From NCBI GenBank assembly GCA_043228905.1, contig JBHGNT010000011.1, positions 4,960,001-5,024,000 of the forward strand: a stretch of 64,000 nucleotides of DNA, in the 5' to 3' direction. The notes beneath the pieces are model-generated. The model worked only from the letters and a program-made list of their open reading frames with translations, was not told the origin of the DNA and did no database searches. Source of the stretch: Azolla caroliniana. Taxonomy: Eukaryota > Plantae > Polypodiophyta. The position numbers and the translations under genes were made by a program. This document shows positions 24,305 to 38,488 of this stretch, piece by piece. The first letter of the stretch is position 1. Every line of letters starts with the position of its first letter.

Positions 24305-27300
24305 TTATATATATTTCCTTACAAGATATGAGGAATATATAGAGGATGATTCTGAGGATTTTTATACAAGAGTGTTCATACTAACATAAATGTTACGCTT
24401 ATATTTCAAATAGAAGAAACGTAAAATCTTAATAGTGGGCAATGATTGATCACAAATAGTGACACAGAGAAGTTATAAAAAATTATCCTTAGTAGTGAAT
24501 GGCATACCTTTCCATCTTGAAGACCAATACTTCACCTATCTATATCATTCCAATGACAAGTTCAACGATCTATTTCAAGAAGTTTCGGAGGAATTAGCAC
24601 AAGACGTAGTATAACCCAATGAACCAAGCTACTATGCATTGAAGAAGTACATGACATGCATGTAGAGGTATTTGGAAGTCTACATTCACAATGGGTACTA
24701 ATTGACATGTCGTGGATGGAGTGAATTACTTCCCCAACTTTCCACATCATCATCCCACCACCTTCACATTTCCTTGTTGATATCTCGAAGACAAATGTTG
24801 TATCCCTGCACAAAGTTCAGTGATAATGAGGATCAACATAAGCATTTCAATTCATTTCTAAGCATTTTGAACACCAATCATTTATGCGAGAAATTCAATG
24901 AAATGAGTTTTCTGTTTCATAGATTAGTGGCAAAGCGATGAATTTGTTTAACCAAATTAGACCACGGAACTTCTCTACCTTTGTACACATATAAACAAGC
25001 TTTTTAGGTTAGCCTAAAAATGAAAACCACCCACATGAGTTGCTTGGTTGACCCAAATTCTTAACCCTAAAATAATGTTGAGTGAGACAATTACCCAATT
25101 TGTGGTTTGTTCTAACCATATTCCAAGATGGGAATAACCAACACAAGAAACCCATCTCAATAATGTAGTCTTTAATGCTCTACAATATCTATTCCAACCG
25201 TATTGTGACCTCCTTGACATTATGGTCGACCGAGTCTTTGATATAGAGAAGATTCAAAATGACCATACTTTTTCCATGAGTTAACTTGTTATTGACCTTT
25301 TTGGGTTGCTGCCATGGGTTTTGTGAAACCACACGAGCACAAAGACCGATATTGAGAGAGACAAGCGTAGAGACAAAAACAGAGAGGATGCACAATCTTT
25401 CTTTTTGAGTGTCTTCTCTTTAGGTATGTATATATATAAAGTTTAAAGTGTGCTAAGGGTGTGTTCACACAAGTGCACTAATAAAAGACATGATAGCTTG
25501 TTATTCCCAACATGGTGGCTATATGTTGCTCGATTGCTATTGTTTGTTTCGATTCCAATGGTTGCACAAAATCACATACTTTACACAAGTAGTTTACTTA
25601 AAGGAAGTATATTGAACAAGGTCGGATTGTGAGGATCTCAAGGCTCACATGAATAACCATATTGTTAGCTTAAATTGCTTGTATCATACCTCTTACACAT
25701 TGGTCACCTACTTGGTGTACCACTATTACCTTCAAAACATATGGAGTCCTAGTAGGAGTTGCCTTTTCTTAAAGGCTTGTGCCATCGTAAAAGATTACGT
25801 GCGGAAGCGTATATGGAAGACATGGAGTACACAGTCGATTAACTAGAACTAGAACAATTAAGTAAACATAGAGTAAGGGTGAAAGAGATAAAGAGACTGA
25901 GTGAGAGCAGAAAACAAACGATTCTATTACAAAAAGCTCAGTACAAACAATAGTGCTCAAATGCACTTTATATATACAAGCCCATCTGATAGGGATGTCA
26001 TGAAGTACTAACATATACTTCAATGCTATGAAAAAAGCCAATGACACTAACTGCCTATATTAGGCCTATTAACTAGAATAGATCTAATTGGCATGTGTAA
26101 CGTTCTGGATCAGCTTCCACTACTGGTCCTCATTTGGATCCGGTATCCGGCTTCTTCAGCTGATCCAACATTTGATCCGGAACCTAGTCCGGAGCTTAGG
26201 CTTATTAGTCTAAGTGGGCCTAGCTAATTGGATCAATTCCGATTTGGCCTACTTGCTTGTCTAGCTAGTCTGACCCATGTTGAGCTTGGTTGCTCAACAC
26301 TCCCCCTCAAGCTCAACTTGAAGTCAGTCTGTTGTGTCAGGTGTGGTCGGTCCTTGCAACCGACTCCTCTTGGCATCCTCACGCCTCGCTCACACTCCAC
26401 GCCCGGTCTGGTCCGGCGCTCCTCGACCTGCTTAGTCAGCTTGTCTACTGCTAAGGCCTTCGTCGGCCTTTTGCTTACCTCTACAACTTCGGCGCCCCTC
26501 GATCCGTTGGCTCTCCCGCCTTCGCATCGTGTTCGGTTGCCTTCTCGTCCAATTGGCCTTCGTGAAATTCCGCTTTGTCTGAATCATACCACTTGATCGA
26601 ACCTCTGATTTGTTCTCGCTCTTGTTCGAATCAGCTGTCTCGGATTCACCTTCTTTTTGGTCTTTGATCACATCTGCCCATGTCCTGGTCCTAACTTTCT
26701 TCTTTCAGTTGGCTTTGTCCTTCTTGATTCTACCGCCTGCCTTGCCTTTCTTAGCTTAGTTTCCACCTTGTCCAGTTGGCTTTGGCTCATGCTTTTGGTT
26801 GCTCCCCCTGGATCCGTCCTCGGCTTCTTCAACCGTCCCGAAATTGAATTCCACATCCATTTTAGTTTTCTGGACTTCATCTCTCTCCTTTTCGTTGCTT
26901 TTCCCCCTCAAGTTCGGCATGTCGAGGTGCTGCAAGCCAAGCATGCTCGGAAAAATGCTGCAACTTGTCCGTGCCGAGAGGTTTGGTGAAGATATCGGTA
27001 GCTTGCCGATCCATCGGTACAGACACCAATTTGACTTCACCAAAGAGAACTCGTTCACGGACAAAATGATAGTGTACCTCAATGTGCTTTGTCCGGGCGT
27101 GAAAGACGGGGTTCTTCGCAAGTTGGATGCTACTGAGGTTGTCACAGTATATGATTGTCAGCTCAGACACCTCCACATGCAGATCCTTGAAGAGCCTCTT
27201 GAGCCCTTTGGCTTCGCATGTAGCGACAACCGTTGCTAAGTATTCAGCCTCAATAATCTACAATGCTACTGTCAGTTGTTTCTTGCTACTCCATGCGATC

Positions 27301-30300
27301 GTCTTACTTCCCAAGGAAAATGTATATCCGGAAGTCTATTGGTGATCGCCAGTATTTCCGGCCCAGTCGGCATCCATGTAGCTGACAAGTTGTTCGACAA
27401 AACTTGTCGGATACAACAACTCCCTGTCCTTTGTGCCGCTTACATATTTGTAAGATCCTTTGTGCGCACTGAAGATGCTCGACCTTCGGCTGCAAAATAA
27501 ACTGACTGATCGGATAGCTAAGGTTCGGCCGGGTGATGGTAACGTATATTACGCGTTTGACTATTTGTCGGAACCGTGTTGGGTGGTACGCCATTCCTGA
27601 TCCTTGGCGAAGCATAATATTTTGGTCTAGAGGAGTTGCGATGGATTTACAATCCGTCATTCCAAACTTGAATAGCATACTGAACACGTAATGTTGTTGG
27701 CTGATCAATACGCCATATGGGGTGCAGATCACTTCGATCCTCAAGAAGTAGTGAAGGTCCCCTAGATCTTTCATCTCAAATGATGTCGCTATCTGAGACT
27801 TCACCCGACTGATTTCTTCCAGATCGGTGTCGATGATGACTAAATCATCGACATATAGCAAAATACTTACCGGCCCATCTTGAGCCGGCCGGATAAATAG
27901 TGAAGAGTCCGATTTCGATGGAGCAAACCCCATCCTACGCAACCTCTGCGTGATATTTGCGTTCTAGGCATGCGGGGCTCACTTAAGTGCATAGAGGGAC
28001 TTCTTTAGTCGGCAAACAACCGACATGTTCAATTTGGGAGGCTGCACCATGTATACTTGTTCTAAAGCTCTCCTTGCAGGAATGTACGTCCATTTGATGC
28101 AAATGTCATCCCTTCACCGCGGCTACTGCTAGCAAGACACAAACGATCATAATCTTCATGATCCGCACAAATGTCTTATCGTAATCGATGCCGTGTTGCT
28201 ATGCATAACCCTTTTCCACCAATCTAGCCTTGTACCGGTTGACGGAGCCGTCATCGTTGTACTTGACGACTTCGTACACCCACATGCATCTGATCAGCTT
28301 CACACCCTTGTAAACCCGTACCCGTACCGAACTATGGGGTTCTTTTGGCGGGTTGATCGGCACAACTTTTGCTTTGCCGATTTCATGGCCCTCTTGGCCG
28401 ACTCCGACCTCATTTCTGGAGGTTCATCTTCGCTCTGGGCCGATTCGGATTCACTCTAATCTGATACACTGGCCTTTGTGTTGTATTCTGACATCTTCAT
28501 CATCCCCTTCTCCTTCTGTGTAAGCAGTCTCTTCGGCTTGTGGCGTGGGGATTTCATGGCCGAGTCTCCACTACTCGCTGACTCCTCATCTGATTGGTCA
28601 TTCTGATTGAGTCTCTCATTCGGCCCACTCAGCCGAAATGAGATTGGACACTCCTCTTGAGTTCCACTTTCTTCATCCTCACTAGCCTCATCTCCAACAG
28701 TCGGTTCGGAGTCTTCGGGGGCTAGAGATGGAAGGGAGTACCAAGACGCTGATTAGTCAAAGACGACATCATGGCTCACCCACACTTGCTTTGTCCGGGG
28801 GTTGTAGCACTTGTACCCCTTCTGCTCATGCGAGTAGCCGACCAATATACACTTCTTGGCCTTGGCATGCAACTTCTTCCTTCTCTCATCTAGCACGTGC
28901 ACGTATGCGATATTGTTGAATACCTTGAGGTGTGCCAACTTTGTCTTTTCCCTGAAATATAGCTCATGTGGCAACACCTTTGCTCTAGAGATTGATATAC
29001 GATTCAGTATATGGATGGCTGTCCTGATCACTTCAGTTCAATAGATCCTAGGCATGCTCTTCTCCTCTTGCAATGCCCTGGCTGCTTCAACCATTCTCCG
29101 GTTCTGTCTCTTGGCCACGCCATTATGCTCCGACATATATATGAAAGAGAACTCCCTCTAGATTCCCTTTGTCTGCAGATAGCTAGTGAACTGGCCGGAA
29201 AAGTACTCTTTCCCGCCATCCGACCCCAGACACTTGATTTTCCTTTGTTTCCCTTTCAACTAAACTTTTTAGGTCCCGGAAATAGGAGAAGACTCGGCTC
29301 TTCTTCTCAATGAGGTATACCCAAGTGTGCCGATTGAAGTCGTCGATGAAGGAGATGAAATATTGACTCTCGTCCATGCTCATACAACTTGCCAGTCCCC
29401 GTACATCTATGTGGATTAAGTCAAGCCGATTCTAGATCCAATTTATTTCATTTGGGAACAGAACCCTATGCCGCTTCTCGAGCTGGCACACTTCACATAT
29501 CTCGGCCTTTTGGCCACTGAACTTTGGCAGTTCGGAAACCACCTGTTTCAATTGCAGTTCCTGATAGTTGATGTGGCCAGTTCAAATAGTTGATGTGGCC
29601 TATCCGCTTATGCCACAAGTCGATGTCGGATTCAAACTTTTGTCCTTTCGCTAACATCGCGACACAAACATCATTGGTCTCGAGGATAAACATCCTCCCG
29701 TCTCTATGCCCATGTGCGATTAGTTGGCCCTCATCCTCGATGAAGCAGCCGTAGTGATTAAATCGAACTGCATGCCCTAATCGACAATCTATCCGATAGA
29801 TACCAAGTTCTTTGCACTTGACAGGACATGCAACACATTCGGTTGCCGTGAAAATCCATCAGCTATTGCGGATCATGAGGTAGAACCGCCGGGGTTCTGG
29901 ACCGGAAGGATTTAGGGCTAAATGATTTATGCACTTTAAGTTTTAAGAAGAGATATTTCCTTCGAATAAGTGTAAGATAGTATGAGAGATTGATTAATAC
30001 TTAATTATAATTATGCACAAGAAAATGTTCAAGTAAGAGATTATGCGAGATGCGAGATCGAATAATACTTACTTATGCTTATGAGTAAGAATGCTTAGAG
30101 TAAGAGAGCATGAATAAGACTTAATTATTATACTTATACATAAACAAAGTTAAAGTAAGAGAGTATGAGAGAGGACACATGGAAATTTTTTTATTACTAG
30201 ATCATCAATCTAATGGACTTATTTTGTTACATAATTTATTTTTTTCTATCGAGTCCCCTTTTAGGGTATAAGAGTATGAGAGAGGAAACATAAATATTTT

Positions 30301-33300
30301 CTTCTTCAAATCCCCATCCATCTCTCTTTCTTCTTAAGAATATGTCTTATTTATAGGTTTTCTATGGCTTGATTTTTTTTTCTCCTAAAAATTCTTTGTT
30401 TATATGAATTGCGTTTTATTTCTATCACTATTTCTCTACTGTAAGCGCAAATTGAACATGTAAGACATTCTTGAAAATCTCTTGATGTTAGCTTTCTTAT
30501 GCATGTTTCTTTTTCTAATTTGGACATTGGACGAGGAACTTACGAGGTTTATCCTTTAGCTTGCTCCTCAATTCCATGCCTTGCATTTTTAAATTTTTTT
30601 TTTCTTTTTTCTACTTTTCTTACTTTTGGAAAACCACTTCTATCTTTCTATCTTTTCATCATTTATTACAAAAGTCGACTTCAGAATATTGGTTTATTTG
30701 AACTACTATTTTATTCTCCTTTGATGGTGGTTTCACACTATGTGTTAAAAACATCGCGACATCCGCCCCCACCAAACCTGCACATCCTCCGATATGTACC
30801 AAGGGTTGTACTAAGTTGAAATATTTAATCCTTGTCCTAATATTTTCCTTTCTTCATAACCTAACTAACTATGATAGAGATTGACCTTGAACCATCTCAT
30901 TGACTCCTTATCTGTCTTCTTCCCATGCCACCACGACCATTCTTTCCACCATAGCCATGGAGACCATCCAAACCACCAAATTCATCGTCTGAGCTTTGCA
31001 CCACCACAGTTGATTTTCTGTCCTTTTCTACCTTCGCCGAGCATAAGCCTTCATGCACCATGCATGTGCTGCCTTCATTCCGACTATCTCCATCGTCAAT
31101 GCACTTCAGTCTTCCTTGATCCATCAATCCAGGCTTGTCTTCATTAGGCCTCGTCCGAACATTGACTTTAACTACTCCTTGTAGCCCATGCTCCAAGTAC
31201 ATGCTCACATTTAGGCCCTTAGACGACCACATTACATGTTTTTTGCTTCGTCCTTTCTCTTGGTATGCTCTTATGTGAGAGTTGACCATCGGTTGTTCGA
31301 TCTTCATATTAGTGTCCTCTTTTGAGTTGGATACTATGATCAAATCCCAAGGAATGCCCTTATAATTCACTTGCCTTGCTTGGCCCTCGTCATGCACTAT
31401 TGTGCTTTGTTTGACCACTTCATCGTATGCATCAAGGTTGACCTTCACTTCCTCGCCGCCACCTTCCTTCTCTTGGGTCTTAATTTGGTTCAGGTATGAC
31501 TCTTTGGTGATGGCCCTTTTTCCACCGACCAATATGTCCCCATCCACCATTGCCCAAATCTCTTGAAATAGTGGGGAGGAAGTCCAAACATGCTCGTCAT
31601 CCGCCTTTTCCATGTCGTCCATAGCCATCTTCATCCTGACACTGTTGTTCTCCATCGTTCTTTCGGTTGGCTCACTTTTCTTTGACATCTCAGTTGCTAT
31701 TGGAATCTTCCATCTTTGAACTATCGACCTCGCCATGTTGGAATCATCTAGCCATCGACTACGCTTCTCAAACCGGTCACATGCTCTTCTTACCTAAACC
31801 TAATCCATTATGAGACCATTGGGTTGTGTTTCATACTCTACTAGACTACCTAGTTCTCGTCTATCTTTCACATCCAACGCCTTTAAGAAGTATAGAACCT
31901 TATCTCCTTCGAGAAATATTTGGTCGGTGCTTGGGAGACGATCATACATTTTGTCGAATTAGTTGTACACCCCCAATGCATTCATGTTCTTCCCCTTCTT
32001 CTCGATCCCCTTCATCAACTTGTGTCAAGTCATCCTCGATGCATCTTCAAGCATATATTCAGCCAAAAGTGCCCTTTCGAATCCAACCCATGTTGTTTGG
32101 GTGCCTTTAATCTCCCTTATACGGCCTTGTAACCGATTTGCCAGGACACACACTTAAAGCTTGATATTTGTTTCTCTTCAATGACATCTCATTGTTGCAT
32201 CTCTGTTTTGTATATAGTGAGGATATCCCTAATATTTCTTCCACCAAATTGGCCTGCTATCGCAACGGTGCGATCAATGGCCTTGTCTAATCTTGCATCA
32301 TTATCACGAGCTCTCATCATATGCTTGACAATGGCCACCAACGTAGCCACTTCGTCAACCTGGGTGTTTGTCGAAGAAACCATCTTCTAATCTTCTATTT
32401 CAAGCACTTGAATCCTTCGTACCGTCTCTTCACGTTGGGTTCACCACTTTACCTCCCTCAATCATGCAAGCATCAATTATGCTTACCCCTTTTTCACTCG
32501 ATGTTTCAGACACTCGTGTCCTGAAACCTTCTTCCTCCCTTGAAGTGGTGTTTGTCACTCTCACGTCATCGGTCTTATCCTTAGCCATCATTCTTTCGCA
32601 AGACAAGAGGGTGACTTGTTCCACACCCTCTCCCATGGTAACATTGTATCATATTTCGGTTTTCTTATTGGCCACATCATTCGTTCTCAACCGATGGGAG
32701 GCAACTTCCTTCTCATCAATCATTTGCCTCAACTTTGGCTGTGTTGTAACCTTCTCTTCGTCCTCGGCCTTTGCCTTTAAGGTCTCATATGCCTCCCTTT
32801 TCAAGGCTTCCATGTCAAGCACTGTCGAACCCTTTCACTTTGAGCCCTCTTCTTTAGGTGGTTGTGTGTCATCGCTTCTTGTCCCCCTTCGACCATCCAT
32901 CATGGGCCATGTTGTTGTTGACAAGATTCTCATCTTCCTCTTATCATGTCTTCGACATACTCTTTCGACTTCAGCCCAATCCTTGGTGAGGCCATTTGCA
33001 CCATCATCATCTTTGAGTTCGATCCCCATGGCCATCCTTTCCTTCCGATTGATCAATCTTACGAACATTAGGACTTTATCCACCCCCACCAGTCGTTGTT
33101 CCTGCACCGAGAGTTGAGCGAAACGAGGCTCAAACTCTAGGAATGCTTGTGTTGCGCTTTGGTGGATCTTTGCTGATGCCACCCACTGGTCAAACTCACG
33201 TTGATCTTGTCCCGTTGGTCTCTCATAGTCATATGCCTCTCGTAAAGCTTCTTCAAAGGACCCCCATGTCTGGTTTTGTTGCCGTATCTTGTGGATTCTC

Positions 33301-34341
33301 TCTTGTAGCTCATCCGTGGCCACCCAACTAAAGGATATTACTTGCAATCTTTCTAATATCCCACATCGCATCATCTCCGCTTTGTAGTCATGTACATAGT
33401 GTGACACGTATTTTTTGTTGAATTGCCCATTTTTTTTCGAGAGCCGCTCTACTGCTGTTGTGATCTCCGACATCTCACATTGTTCTTGCAACACCCGCTC
33501 GAACATCATCATCATGTTGATCACCTCTTGTTGATTCTCCATCTCCTCACCACTCGTCTTCATGTTGGGTTCACCACTTTATTATGTCGTGAAAATCAAC
33601 CAGGTAGTGCAGATCGTGAGGCGGAACCGCCGGGGTTTTGGACCGGAAGGATTTAGGGCTAAATGATTTATGCACTTTATGTTTTAAGGCGAGATATTTC
33701 CTTCGAATAAAAGTAAGATAGTATGAGAGATTGATTAATACTTAATTATAATTATGCACAAGAAAATGTTCAAGTAAGAGATTATGCGAGATGCGAGATC
33801 GAATAATACTTACTTATGCTTATGAGTAAGAATGCTTAGAGTAAGAGAGTATGAGAGAGGACACATGCAAAGTTTTTTATTACTAGATCATGAATCTGAT
33901 GGACTTATTTTGATACATAATTAATTTTTTTCTATCTCCCCTTTTAGGGTATAAGAGTATGAGAGAGGAAACATAAATATTTTCTTCTTCAAATCCCCAT
34001 CCATCTCTCTTTTCTTAAGAATAGGTCTTATTTATAGGTTTTCTATGGCTTGCTTTTTTTTTTCTCATAAAAAGAACTTTGTTTATATGAGTCGCATTTT
34101 ATTTCTATCACTATTTCTTTATTGTAAGCCCAAATTCAACATGTAAGATATTCTTGAAAGTCTCTTGATGTTAGCTTTCTTATGCATGTTTCTTTTTCTA
34201 ATTTGGACATTGGAGGAGGAAATTACGAGGTTTATCCTTTAGCTTGCTCCTCAATTCCACACCTTGTGTTTTATTTTAAAATTATTACTTTTTTCTACTT
34301 TTCCTACTTTTGGAAAACCACTTCTATCTTTCTATCATTTT

Positions 34342-37300
34342 TTATTTTACCATAAAACATATGCTCTATTGGTATTAATAAAAAGCCCAAAGACAGTATA
34401 CAAATAGTACATAATATTGTTTCATCTCCACCAGTATATCTAAACTGATTCTAGCATTTGTAAAAATTGTTGGGAAAAAACAGCCATAAAACACAACATT
34501 GATTCCAGTGATCTGCTGCAGAAAACAAAATTTCGGGCTCTTAGAACAGAACTCCATAGAAAACTTATATTTCACATGATATTCCATGTCCTCCGTCTTT
34601 CCAATCATATGTGTAAGGTGTGGAGCTGTAAGAAGATTCACCATCCCAACAGAAACAGTTGCAAACATATTTGAACTAATTCCAGCATTTGTAAAAACTG
34701 TTGGGGAGAAAAAAAACAGACCATGAAAATGAAATGTACTATACTAATCTCCACCTCTCACCCCATTTGGTTCGATCCCCACAACTTATTCACTCTCCCT
34801 TCATGATGTGCTTCGGCCCCCTCGCCATCATCACTCCTAAAAACAACCAAATTGCTTCATTCAATCCACCTCCACCATCTCGCCGAATGCCACCAATGTC
34901 CTGTGGAATTAACAACAAAATAAGTAAAAAATTCCTCATCCCCTCATGAGCTGCTTCGATCCCCCCCACCATCATCACTTCTAAAACAGACACATTGCTT
35001 CCTTTAGTCCACATCCACCATCTCGCCGAATACCACCAATGTCCTATGCAATGAATCAACAAAAATGAGAAATTGTTCCTCATCCCCTCATGATTTGCTT
35101 CATTCCCCCACACCATCGTCACTCCTAAAAACAGAGAAATTGCTTCAATCAAACCACATCCACCATCTCGCCGAATACCACCTCTGACCTATACAAATAA
35201 CAACAAAAACAAGTGAATAATGGTTCCTCATCCCCTCATGATTTGCTTCTATCCCCCCACCACCATCACTCCTAAAAACAAACAAATTGCTTCAATCAAT
35301 CCACATCCACCATCTCGCCGAGTACCGCCAATATCCTGTGCAATTAACAACAAAATAAGTGAACAATGATTTCTCTCCCCTCCTAATCTGCTTTAGCCCT
35401 CGCACCAACACCACTCATCCTCACACCATGACAAAGTTGCTTCAAATCCCACTGCCATCATCCCGCAACCTATGAGAACCATAATATCTGTCTTAAGTCA
35501 GCCCATATCTGGGGTATCTTGCTTCCCCTATTCCATCTCATCGATTAACGCGGCCCTGTAATCACAACAAAAAATGAGGGAAAACCATTCCTCGCCTTCT
35601 CATAATAATCTGCTTCAGCCCCCACTCCAACATCACTCATCCTAACCACAAAAAACAGAAAAACGGCTTCGTCATGTCCCCATCTACCATCTCGCTATCT
35701 CTGATTCGACAATCCTATTACACTAACAACCAACAAACGAGTAGAAAACAAACAGAAATCCTCACCTTCTCCTAGTAATCTTCAACAACCCCCACCAACA
35801 TCAGTCATCCTAATCACAAAACAACTTAAACCTATTTCAACCTGTCCACATCCACCATGTCGATGTCTCTGATTATCACACGAAATCTGCCTCATACCAC
35901 TAAAATCTTCTTATACTAGTCTGATTCGGCATCCAGAACATCATCCCATTTCCTCATATCTTCTTCTAGCATATGTATATCTTACCTACATTAAAATAAG
36001 CTTCCTACATGCCGCCACCGTCTCCTCCCTGTTATCTCATGTTGTTCGCCATAAGAATGGTACCGGTGGCGGGAACAACCAACGAGGTGGTACATAATTC
36101 CACCTAACCTCCGTGCCTGCCTCTAACATTATAGGAATAGCTGACCAAACTCATCGTAATCTCTTTCTTTTTCGAATGGTTGTGTTTCCATAGCCTTTAT
36201 ACTTGTCATACTCACCTTTAACTGAATGTACTAATAAATTCCAAAAAGACTTTATCTGATCCACAATGTGAATGTCTTCATCATTGTATAACTTGGAGCA
36301 CCTAGCTTTCCAAAGAACCCATAGAGACAACGAGGAGACAATCTGCCAAACATAACTCCGCGAGAAGAACTTGACTCCCTACAAGGATCTTGAAGTAGAA
36401 TATACCTGAAAACTTCTTACATATAAAGACAATGAAGAATGATTATAATGATAAAAAGCCCTTTGTTGATCCAACATTCCCCAAAAGACTGCACCCCACG
36501 TAAAAATAGCAGACCTATACTTACGACCTAGAAGCCTAAGAATTCGACACCAAAAACTTTTTGCGGAAACACATTCCCAAAATGCATGATGCAATGTCTC
36601 ATCCGCAAACCCACACATAATACATAACCGATTACTCACCGATCCCCTCAATAAATGACCTATTGGCAATGCATAATGAATCATCAACCACCGAAAATGC
36701 AATATCTTATTCATGCATTTAATAGACCAAAACTGTTTCCAAAACATAACCATATGAGTAGATGAGACATTACCTTCCTCCCAATGCTTTTTTCCAGCAG
36801 GTATCGGCTCGGTCTGCCTCAACATAAAATTCCTGCCAAACGCTACTGGATATTTGAAAAAAGGAAGGAGCTTAGTTGAAGAGTCAGATATGGATAATTT
36901 CCAACCATAATCTGCTGGATCCCACTGCAGGTCATGAATAGGTTTAGAGTCTAACACCGAAATATGAGATGAAAAATTAACTATTAGTGGACTAGGATCG
37001 ATATATATATATTTATCTAATCTAGCAATTACTCACACTGGCAATTGCTTTGCAGCCAACATGATTTGAGACTCCTAATCCACTAGTATCAACCTACCAT
37101 TGTCCAACACTTCATAAAAATAAATGCTACCATTTTGATCATATAACCGAGCTCCTATAAGTATATTGAGTGTCGAGAACATACCGTACCAACTCTGAAA
37201 ATGATCGAATTGCAATGTAGGCACTGTGACCTGATACACCCTGGACAATTGTGATAACATGATCTTAGCCCCTCTTAAGTTAGATAACCTATTACTTTGT

Positions 37301-38488
37301 TCCAGCGTAGAGGACTGCATAAACCTTATCCAATCCACAACCGTACGAGCTGGTCCACTATCCATTGCAGCCCATGATAACCTAGGGCGTAAACCCAAAA
37401 CACATGCAGCTTCATCAGTAAATAAAGGATTCCATATCAATGGTTGACGCATAAATTGATGATAGATTTTCGGTGGCAAGAAAACAAGCGCTTGCCGAAG
37501 AGTTTCCCATGCCCGAAAAATTCCATTGAAGAAACGCAATGATCCATCATTGGACTTAGGTAGCTGGAAATCTGCATTGAAGAACCATCTAAGACTATCC
37601 TTCCATTGACCACCTACCGAAGGCTTGACCTTATATAGATGTTGCATCAATAGCTTTTTCCATAACTCCTGTCCTGGCAATAAACTCCTAACAACATGTT
37701 TAGTAAGTAAAGCTTTGGTTTGCATAAATGGATCAATCAAACCTAAACCACCTTTTTGTTTAGGTTGTATCAGAATAGACCAAGCTACCTTTGCTACAGG
37801 ATTGACTGACCTATTGTTCCCCGAAATAAAATTCCGTACTAAACGTTGAACTTTCAACATTATTGACCTAGAAAACAGCCATGCAGATGCTATATACCAA
37901 ATCGAGGACAACAACACCGCATTAGCTACAACTACACGTCCTGCTAAAGATAATTTTTCTTTATTCCAATATACTAATTTATTTCTTAATCTTAACAATA
38001 AGGGTGCAATCATATCTTCTGACTTTAATCGCACACCCACTCGACAACCTAAATACCTAATGGACTGACCTTGAGGTATCCATGTGAATCCTAAAGAGGG
38101 TACATTAACTGGCGGATCTCCCAAAGCGACCCAAAAACCTGATGACTTATCCCAATTTATCAATGCACCCGATGCATCTGAGAAATCATCCACGACCTTT
38201 TGCACATGAAACAAATTACCATGTGAGGCCTGAACATATAAAGCTGTATCATTAGCGAATTCACAATCCACATTTGCGTTTGCTACTGGTAGTGCTAAAC
38301 CTTTAATATTTACATATGGAGAATTTAAATGTACAAAGAATGCTTCAGATACTAACAAAAACAGGAAAGGAGCAAGTGGACATCCCTGGCGTACAGATCT
38401 TGAAATAAAAAAACGCCTACCAATGTCCCCTGCAAATAATAGAGAACTACTTGCATTACGATATAATGCTGAAACTCCTCGTATCCAA
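34342..38488 (-). mobile_element. 5'-truncated L1-type LINE inserted in the 5' LTR
   Basis: ORF2 RT motifs SVRQGCPLAPFLF, FANDTALY, RYLG, LSLAGRVVVAN, GGLGL; zf-RVT motif CIMC...ETLHHAFWEC. TSD TCTATCTTTCTATCATTTT (34323-34341 / 38489-38507) and a short A-rich tail. Confidence 0.93.
34780..35870. repeat. Degenerate ~145-bp minisatellite in the LINE 3' region (4 clear and ~3-4 diverged units)
   Basis: CCACCATCTCGCCGA recurs near 34873, 35015, 35160 and 35307, with diverged copies out to ~35860. Confidence 0.85.

Noticed and set aside
24480-25780. Possible additional retroelement/transposase fragments
   Set aside because: Too decayed to assign domain or boundaries by eye.
30897-31736. 279-aa minus-strand ORF as a host gene or env
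   Set aside because: It lies between gag remnants and the PPT of the non-autonomous element; it is low-complexity, with no transmembrane or recognisable domain.
34780-35870. Regularly spaced repeats as a possible CRISPR-like array
   Set aside because: Whole units, including the would-be spacers, are similar to each other; the context is a eukaryotic LINE with no cas genes.
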